A DNA stretch of 64,000 nt from an uncultured Rickettsiales bacterium (GTDB taxonomy: Bacteria; Pseudomonadota; Alphaproteobacteria; Rickettsiales; JALZUV01): contig CAZZJS010000004.1 of NCBI GenBank assembly GCA_964654855.1, positions 133,146 to 197,145 of the forward strand, in the 5' to 3' direction. The translations under genes were made by a program, and so were the position numbers. This document shows positions 57,501-64,000 of this stretch, one piece after another. The notes below the pieces were generated by a model. The model saw only the letters and a list, made by a program, of their open reading frames with translations. It did no database searches and had not been told where the DNA came from. The first letter of the stretch is position 1. Each line of letters starts with the position of its first letter.

Positions 57501-59332
57501 ATATTCGCCTACAAGGTTCTTTCAACCATCGTAATATTTTCCTCGATCCAAATCCGGATGCGAAAAAGAGCTTTAAAGAACGCAAACGCTTATTTGAGCT
57601 GCCGCGTAGCACGTGGCAAGACTATAATAAGAAGCTTATTTCTGCCGGAGGTGGAATTTATCCGCGAGATGTGAAAACGATCAAAATTACGCCACAAGTG
57701 CGTAAGATGCTCGATTTGCCTAGCGATGTAAAAGCCCTTTCACCCAACAAGCTAATTCGTGCGATGCTGAAAGCCCCGGTTGATTTACTATGGAATGGTG
57801 GAATCGGTACTTATGTGAAAGCGGAGTCAGAAACGCATGAACAAGTGGGTGACCGTGCAACCAACGCCCTGCGCATTAATGGACATGAGCTACGTTGCAA
57901 GGTCGTTGGCGAAGGCGGTAACCTAGGATTTACTCAACTTGGCCGTATTGAATATGCGCGTCATGGCGGGCGCATCAATACTGATGCGATTGATAATTCG
58001 GCTGGCGTAGATTGTTCTGATCATGAAGTGAATATCAAAATTGCTTTCCGTCAAATGTTAGAGGCAAAAGGTATTACGATGAAACGTCGCAATACGCTTC
58101 TAGAAAAAATGACCGATGAGGTGGAACGTTTGGTATTGCGTGATAATATTCTTCAAACACAAGCTATTACGACCGCTCAGATACAAGGCCTTTCGCTTTT
58201 TGAGTCTCAGGCGCGCATGATGGAAGCATTTGAACAAAAAGGCTTGCTGAATCGCAAGGTTGAATTTTTACCAAACTCAAAGCAGATGAAAGAACGCAAA
58301 GCAAGCGGTGAGTCGCTAACACGGCCAGAGCTGTCAGTGCTAATTTCCTACGCTAAAATGTCCATCTATGAGGGCTTGCTAGATACAGGCTTCCCGGATG
58401 AGCTCTATTTAGAACAAGATTTAGTTAGGTATTTCCCCAAACAGATGCGTAAGGATTTTGTCGATCAAATCACCTCTCATCGTCTAAAGCGTGAAATTAT
58501 CGCAACCAGCGTAACCAATTCGATTGTCAATCGTGCGGGCATTACTTTCTTCTTCCAAATTCAAGAAGATACAGGCCTACCACCATGCGATATTGCGCGG
58601 GCTTATATCGTTGCGCGCGATGCGTTCGGTATCCGTGATTTATGGCGCGATATTGAGAGCGATGAGACCGTTCCTGCTGTGACTCGTGCGGAAATGTTTG
58701 CACAAACCAGTATGTTCCTAGAGCGCGTGGTAATTTGGATGCTTCGTAACCAACCGCAGCCACTTAAGATTGATGATACGATGTCGCAATTCTCACAAGG
58801 CATTATCAAGTATCTCAAAATCTGCGATAGTTTGATTACGAATACGCTCAAGAAAGCCTATAGCGATAAGAAACAGCGCTTTATTGATATGAAAGCATCT
58901 CAAGGGCTGTCTAGCCGTATTGCACGTTTAGAAATTGCATCTTCAGCGCTTGATGTATTGAAGTTAGCGCAAGATCATAATTTAAGCGAAGAGCAGGCAG
59001 GTAGAATTTACTTTGAGCTCGGTGCGCGTTTGCGCCTTGGCTGGCTACGAAGAGAAGCTTCTCGTATGCCGGTTAGTAGCTATTGGGAGCGCTTGGCAGC
59101 CAAAGCCATGATAAGCGAAATGTTTGATCAACAACGCCGCCTTGCTTCGACCGTTATTGTTAAGAAATGCTCTAAAGGGAAGGTTCATTCCGAAGCGCTG
59201 GACGAGTGGGAAGCGGAATATGATAAAACTTTATCACGTTTCCGCCGTTTTATCGATGATCTGAAAACAGCAGAAGAGGTGACTTTCCCAATGCTGGTAA
59301 TCGCGCTGCGCAATGTTGAGGCGATAGGTTAG
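54536..59332 (+). CDS. gdhB: NAD-specific glutamate dehydrogenase, large (~180 kDa) type
   Basis: About 1,598 aa. Catalytic core [38 protein letters not shown]. Start ATG 54536 (GAAGGG upstream); the track start is TTG 54521. Confidence 0.95.
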   Translation: [1598 protein letters not shown]

Positions 59333-59379
59333 ACCCTATTGTGGCGGACACAGGTGTGGTGTAATAATAACACACTGCC

Positions 59380-59388
59380 TGTGGATAA
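59380..59388. promoter_or_regulatory. Isolated perfect DnaA box TGTGGATAA
   Basis: Exact 9-mer overlapping the 3' arm of an imperfect hairpin (59349-59383) just downstream of gdhB. Confidence 0.35.
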
Positions 59389-59503
59389 GTGCTGTTTCAA
59401 ATTCTATTTTCCCAAAGTAAGAAAGCCTTAATATTTGGCTGCTACTGCTTGAGTATAGCGCACGAAGAGGCGTTACGATTAAAAACAAAATGCGGGAAAC
59501 ATT

Positions 59504-59692
59504 ATGATGGATACAGACATTATCGTCAGAAAGAAGCGTGATTTGCTCACTATGAGCTTCATGCGCAGCACGGCAAAGCCAAATAGCTTAAAGATCAAAA
59601 AACCAACCTCTCCGTTAGAAATGACGCGGGAAGAGTTTAAACAGCGTCTTAATCAGCATAAATCAAATAATAGCGATAAAGTTATTCACTAA
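59504..59692 (+). CDS. Hypothetical basic small protein (62 aa)
   Basis: Lys/Arg-rich ORF in a 630-bp intergenic region with a weak RBS. May not be real. Confidence 0.25.
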   Translation: MMDTDIIVRKKRDLLTMSFMRSTAKPNSLKIKKPTSPLEMTREEFKQRLNQHKSNNSDKVIH

Positions 59693-59811
59693 ATATTGTT
59701 ATTTATATCGCGCCAATCGTCTGAATCATCGACTTTGGTGCGATTAATAGCCCACCAGCCACCCCATTGCGGACGACGCCATAGGCCACGAAACCAATTC
59801 CAGAAATGCAT
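59689..59811 (-). CDS. Candidate Trp-rich small protein (40 aa), not in the ORF track
   Basis: My translation is MHFWNWFRGLWRRPQWGGWWAINRTKVDDSDDWRDINNNI, with 7 Trp in 40 residues. A strong SD GGGAGAAGG sits 3 nt upstream of the ATG (core GGAG spaced about 7 nt). Lies directly downstream of repeat copy B. Confidence 0.35.
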   Translation of the reverse strand: MHFWNWFRGLWRRPQWGGWWAINRTKVDDSDDWRDINNNI

Positions 59812-59857
59812 AAGCCTTCTCCCTTTTTGAAAGCCTAGCAGTTTGTGGAAGAATGGG

Positions 59858-59964
59858 AAGCTTCGTTTGAGAGATTAGAAAAGAAACGAGCCAGTAGGTG
59901 AGTCAGCCATGAGCAAGTGAAGCGTCGCGTAACTGTGAGGTCAGAAGACCGAACAGGACGCAAA
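59858..59964 (-). repeat. Copy B of the ~110-nt two-copy element (inverted relative to copy A)
   Basis: Starts immediately after the stop codon (59965-59967) of the AEC transporter. Alignment is described under copy A. Hairpin GGTC-ttct-GACC lies at 59939-59950. Confidence 0.7.
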
Positions 59965-60885
59965 TTATAGCACCAACCAGCCTACCATAGTGGGAACGTA
60001 AAAGAGGGCGAAGGCGGTGCTTAGAAAAACGGCAGTAGCCATTTTCTCCGGTTCGGCTTCAAGCAAGGTGGCGAAGATAACTGAATTGACGGCTAGTGGC
60101 ATGAAAGAGATTAGCATAGCCACTTGGTAGATAGAGTCGTTAAATAGGTGCAGCACGTGCATATCTAGCGCGATCAGACCCGCTATCATGAGTGGCCAGG
60201 CGATGAATTTGACCGTGAAGGCCATGGAAATAAATTTCCAATCAAGCTTGAGGGAAGTGATGCCTGCGAGGGCAATGCCCACCACCATCATTCCCAGTGT
60301 GCTATAGGCGCCGCTAATGGCGATAAAGAACCCTTCGAGGAAATTGGAGAGTGGAATATTTAGTAAGCTCATAGCGAGGCCGATAAGGGCACCATGCAGC
60401 ATAGGTAGGCGAACCATCTTTTGCACTGCCTCACGGGTCGAAAAATCGCCCTTAGTGGTGATGTAGTAACCCAGTGTTGTTTCATAAAGCATCGTGCCGA
60501 TGATCATCATCATATAAATGCCGACAATTTCAGGCGGAAAGAGCAGCGCTGCGACAGGAATTCCAAAATAGCCAAGATTGCCATTGCCACTCGTGAAAGC
60601 GAGGATGTTAGCTGATTTATCGTGAAAGACCCGACGCGCTATTTGGTAATGGGTTAAGCTGAGTATGCAGGAGATGAAAAAGATAAAAACAGGTAAAAGC
60701 AGGTATTCCTGCTGAATCTCTGCTTTGCTGATACCGCCCAAGAACATAAGCGGAACGATGATATAGAAGAGTAGCCGAGATACACCCTTACCCTCTATCT
60801 CCAGCTTTCGTGCAGCGTAATAGCCGAGCGCAATGCACAGGTAAAGCCCTGTCATTTTTAACAAAAGCTCAAAAGCGAGATCCAT
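59965..60885 (-). CDS. AEC (auxin efflux carrier) family transporter
   Basis: 306 aa, about 10 TM helices, typical AEC/membrane-transport-family organisation. Confidence 0.75.
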   Translation of the reverse strand: MDLAFELLLKMTGLYLCIALGYYAARKLEIEGKGVSRLLFYIIVPLMFLGGISKAEIQQEYLLLPVFIFFISCILSLTHYQIARRVFHDKSANILAFTSGNGNLGYFGIPVAALLFPPEIVGIYMMMIIGTMLYETTLGYYITTKGDFSTREAVQKMVRLPMLHGALIGLAMSLLNIPLSNFLEGFFIAISGAYSTLGMMVVGIALAGITSLKLDWKFISMAFTVKFIAWPLMIAGLIALDMHVLHLFNDSIYQVAMLISFMPLAVNSVIFATLLEAEPEKMATAVFLSTAFALFYVPTMVGWLVL

Positions 60886-60893
60886 AGCGGAAT

Positions 60894-62165
60894 CTAGCTA
60901 TTCATTTGCTGGAAGAAGTCGTCGTTGGATTTTGTGTCTTTGAGTTTTCCGTTGAGGAACTCCATCGCATCCAATGGCCCCATTGGGTTAAGAATCTTAC
61001 GAAGTACCCAAACTTTCGAAAGCTCGTCTTTATCGTAAAGTAGGTCTTCCTTACGCGTACCGGATTTGGCGATATCCATGGCAGGGTAAACGCGCTTATC
61101 AGCGAGTTTACGATCGAGCACTAATTCAGAGTTACCCGTTCCTTTGAATTCTTCAAAGATTACTTCATCCATACGGCTACCAGTTTCAATCAAGGCAGTC
61201 GCAATAATGCTCAAAGAGCCGCCATTCTCGATATTACGAGCGGCACCAAAGAAACGTTTTGGGCGTTGCAATGCATTTGCATCCACACCACCGGTTAGTA
61301 CTTTACCAGAGCTTGGCACGACCGTGTTAAAAGCACGGCCTAAGCGGGTGATAGAATCGAGTAGAATCACTACATCTTTCTTATGCTCTACAAGGCGCTT
61401 GGCTTTTTCAATTACCATTTCAGCCAAGGCGACGTGTCGATGAGCGGGTTCATCAAAAGTAGAAGATACCACTTCGCCCTGTACGGAGCGATCCATATCG
61501 GTCACTTCTTCCGGACGTTCATCGATGAGTAGAACGATAAGATAACATTCTGGATGGTTGGCCGTGATAGAGTGGGCGATATTTTGCAAAAGAACTGTTT
61601 TACCCGTACGTGGCGGTGCTACGATAAGCGTACGCTGTCCCTTACCTTGTGGCGAGATCAAATCCGCGACACGCATAGAGAGGTCCGGTTTTTTCACGAT
61701 CTCTTTTGGCTCCACTTCTAGGCGGATACGTTCATCCGGATAGAGCGGCGTGAGGTTATCAAAATTCGCTTTCTTGCGTGCCATTTCAGGCGGGTCATAG
61801 TTAATTGCAGTGATGGTATCCATCGCGAAATAACGTTCATTATTTTTAGGAGAACGCAATTCGCCTTCAACTGTATCACCCGTTCTTAGGCCGTTAGCCT
61901 TTATCTGACGAGGAGAGATATAAATATCATCCGAACCTGCAAGATAATTCGCTTGCGGTGAACGCAAGAAACCAAACCCATCATTGAGTACTTCTACGAC
62001 GCCTTCGCCGACCACGGTTTCACCGGATTCGGCCATGGCTTTTAAAATCGCAAAGATTTGCTCTTGCTTGAGCATGCCTGAGGCATCTTCAACGCCATGC
62101 TCCTCCGCCAATTTGAGGAGGTCGTCAGGGGATTTGCGTTTGAGTTCTTTGATACTGGCAGACAT
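60894..62165 (-). CDS. rho: Transcription termination factor Rho
   Basis: 423 aa. RNA-binding domain (GFGFLRS) and P-loop APPRTGKT. Confidence 0.97.
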   Translation of the reverse strand: MSASIKELKRKSPDDLLKLAEEHGVEDASGMLKQEQIFAILKAMAESGETVVGEGVVEVLNDGFGFLRSPQANYLAGSDDIYISPRQIKANGLRTGDTVEGELRSPKNNERYFAMDTITAINYDPPEMARKKANFDNLTPLYPDERIRLEVEPKEIVKKPDLSMRVADLISPQGKGQRTLIVAPPRTGKTVLLQNIAHSITANHPECYLIVLLIDERPEEVTDMDRSVQGEVVSSTFDEPAHRHVALAEMVIEKAKRLVEHKKDVVILLDSITRLGRAFNTVVPSSGKVLTGGVDANALQRPKRFFGAARNIENGGSLSIIATALIETGSRMDEVIFEEFKGTGNSELVLDRKLADKRVYPAMDIAKSGTRKEDLLYDKDELSKVWVLRKILNPMGPLDAMEFLNGKLKDTKSNDDFFQQMNS

Positions 62166-62268
62166 GATGAAGGACTTTCGGAAAATAAAATAAGAAAAAA
62201 GGGAAAGAGCGCGAATGCGCTGATGCCCTATTATTATTGGATTAAGCGAAGAAAGTCAAGTTAGCCGC

Positions 62269-62712
62269 CTAGAAGGGCTTTAAAACTGCCAGAAACACGA
62301 TCAAAATTAGCAACACGGTGGGTACCTCATTTGCCCAGCGAAAGAACGCGTGGCTTTTCGTATTTGCATTTGCGGCGAACGCTTTGCGCCATTTAGCACA
62401 AGCCATATGAAAGACTGCAAGCCCAAGGACAAGTACGATTTTTGCGTGAATCCATGCGCCAGTGTCTGGGCCGTCATAGCCTGTGATAACGACTAACCAA
62501 ATGCCAAGGCCGAAGGTTAGAATCATCGCGGGGTTCATGATGTAGCGTAGGAGTTTATTCTCCATCACCTTTAGTGTTTCAGAAAGTTCAGATCCGATTT
62601 CTGCATCGGCATGGTAAACATAAAGGCGGGGTAGGTAGAACAGTCCAGCCATCCATGCAGTGAAGCTGATAATATGCAGCGCTTTAAGCGTGAGATAGAG
62701 ATTAGCATCCAT
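62269..62712 (-). CDS. hemJ: Protoporphyrinogen IX oxidase HemJ (UPF0093 family)
   Basis: 147 aa, four TM helices. LKALHIISFTAWMAGLFYLPRLYVYH. Confidence 0.85.
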   Translation of the reverse strand: MDANLYLTLKALHIISFTAWMAGLFYLPRLYVYHADAEIGSELSETLKVMENKLLRYIMNPAMILTFGLGIWLVVITGYDGPDTGAWIHAKIVLVLGLAVFHMACAKWRKAFAANANTKSHAFFRWANEVPTVLLILIVFLAVLKPF

Positions 62713-62726
62713 AGAGTGCTTCTAAC

Positions 62727-64000
62727 CTAATTTTCAGGCTTAATCCACCAAGTATCGAAACCGAGCCCATATTGCGGTGGTGTTTTAGGGCGGTCAAATT
62801 TATTCCAAAAGGCCATGCGGAAACTGCCACTATGCCAATGCGGGATAATCACTTGTTCATGCAGTAAGATACGGTCAAGCGCGCGGGCGGCAGGTTGCAG
62901 GTCTTTGAGAGTACGCGCTTGGCTAATACGAGTGAGCATGGCGTCAATGGCCACGTGGCTCATGCCAGTCATATTGTTGCTACCCTCTACCTTGGCTTGG
63001 CTGGAATGCCAGTAATTCACCTGCTCAATACCGGGGAAGACGACACCGAGATTAATCCAGCTACTGACGATATCAAAATCGCGTGTTTCCACGCGGCGCT
63101 GATATTGCGCATCATCAACTAAGCGAATACGCCCTTCAATACCGAGTTTCTTTAAACCCCGAAGCATTGGCATAATCACCCGTTGCATGGTGGGTTGGTT
63201 GAGCATGAACTCAACTGAGAGCGGCTTTCCGGTAGCAGGGTTGATGCGCTTACCGTCTTTTAGCTTATAGCCTGCGGCTTTTAAGATGGCCTGTGCTTTG
63301 AGCAAATTTGCACGATTTTGTCCACTGCCATCAGAGGTAGGGACGGTAGGCTCTTGGCTAAAAACTTCTGCGGGGATTGAGTCTCTAAATGGCTCTAGTA
63401 GGTTAAATTCAGCTTTTGAAGGCAAACCAGTTGCGGCGAATTGGGTCTTACCAAAGAAGCTCGTATTGCGTAAATAGGCTCCGTAAAACAGTGCCTTATT
63501 CGTCCATTCAAAGTCCATAGTAAGTGCAATGGCTTGGCGCACCGCACGTGTCGATAAATCTGGTTGGCGAAGATTGAAGAAGAAAGCCTGCATGCCTTGC
63601 GGGGTAGCATCGGGCAGCGCCGTTTTGATGAGTCGCCCCTCTTTGATAGCGGGTGTATCATAGGCGGTGGCCCAATTGCGCGAGATATATTCGCGGTGGA
63701 TATCAAACTCACCGGCTTTGAGCGCCTCTAGCTGTACGGTGGAATCGCGATAGACGTCGTAGCGCATTGTGTCAATATTGTAGTGCCCACGATTTACCGG
63801 CAGGTTCTTGCCCCAATAATCAGGATTACGTTTATAGGTGATGCTACGCCCAACATCGACCTCAGATATGCGGTAGGGGCCGCTTGCAACAGGGGGGATG
63901 AGGGTTGTTTTTTCGAATTCTACGGTTTCATAATAATGTTTTGGCAGAATTGGCAAAGTGGCGGCGAGGATGGGGGCTTCGCGGTTTGTGTTATCAGTGA
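62727..64000 (-). CDS. yejA: ABC transporter substrate-binding protein, family 5, YejA-like; N-terminus beyond the right window edge
   Basis: The frame stays open upstream of the track's TTG (63956) to base 64000 (...TDNTNREAPILAATLPILPKHYY...). SBP_bac_5-type sequence. Confidence 0.8.
   Translation of the reverse strand, partial: TDNTNREAPILAATLPILPKHYYETVEFEKTTLIPPVASGPYRISEVDVGRSITYKRNPDYWGKNLPVNRGHYNIDTMRYDVYRDSTVQLEALKAGEFDIHREYISRNWATAYDTPAIKEGRLIKTALPDATPQGMQAFFFNLRQPDLSTRAVRQAIALTMDFEWTNKALFYGAYLRNTSFFGKTQFAATGLPSKAEFNLLEPFRDSIPAEVFSQEPTVPTSDGSGQNRANLLKAQAILKAAGYKLKDGKRINPATGKPLSVEFMLNQPTMQRVIMPMLRGLKKLGIEGRIRLVDDAQYQRRVETRDFDIVSSWINLGVVFPGIEQVNYWHSSQAKVEGSNNMTGMSHVAIDAMLTRISQARTLKDLQPAARALDRILLHEQVIIPHWHSGSFRMAFWNKFDRPKTPPQYGLGFDTWWIKPEN

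Noticed and set aside
59689-59811. The Trp-rich small ORF as a trp-operon attenuator leader peptide (it has a tandem WW).
   Set aside because: No trp biosynthesis genes lie downstream. It converges on another ORF and on gdhB, and no terminator/antiterminator alternative is evident.
59700-59880. Copy B's flank as a decayed tyrosine-recombinase pseudogene, since the similarity to the xerC 3' end seemed to extend upstream.
   Set aside because: Beyond about 20 nt the nucleotide similarity is patchy and needs large indels. No frame gives recombinase motifs (no ...LGH...Y...). I keep it only as a possibility under the repeat finding.
1-64000. CRISPR arrays, IS/transposase genes, integrases other than xerC, tRNA/rRNA genes and prophage genes.
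   Set aside because: I found none on a visual pass of intergenic regions and ORF translations. tRNAscan, Infernal or ISfinder runs would be needed to exclude small or degenerate elements.

Overview
This window looks like the replication-origin neighbourhood of an alphaproteobacterial chromosome with moderate to low GC. The taxon call rests on synteny and protein families only. The backbone is the conserved block hemH-hemE | AT-rich DnaA-box spacer | DUF299(ppsR-like)-aroE-coaE-dnaQ-secB-tim44-mltA-smr. It also holds mnmE-mnmG-rsmG-parA-parB with embedded parS sites. Other housekeeping genes are secA, mutL, uvrC, rho, purH, xerC, hemF, hemJ and a 1,600-aa NAD-GDH. I call about 60 CDSs. By eye I found no rRNA, tRNA, CRISPR array, IS element or prophage.

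Accessory content:
- A secretin plus prepilin-peptidase pair at the left edge; the secretin is missing from the ORF track.
- A stand-alone patatin-like phospholipase.
- A 585-aa Cys-rich acidic lipoprotein ORFan.
- A three-gene sulfotransferase/glycosyltransferase insertion between dnaQ and coaE.
- A wbpL-capD pair.
- Several low-GC ORFans wedged into conserved operons.
- A 120-aa protein with no basic residues.

I did not find a recognisable multi-gene defence, toxin or secretion system that is clearly novel. The items I rate most worth follow-up are:
1. A ~110-nt element in two inverted copies (27.1 kb and 59.9 kb) with a position-conserved hairpin supported by three compensatory base-pair changes. 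The copies bracket the origin-containing segment.
2. The probable oriC itself, plus three parS-type 11-mers spaced exactly 950 bp apart.
3. The glycan-modification insertion in an otherwise conserved origin-proximal operon.
4. The ORFan, effector-like proteins.

All calls come from reading the sequence and ORF translations. No database search was run.
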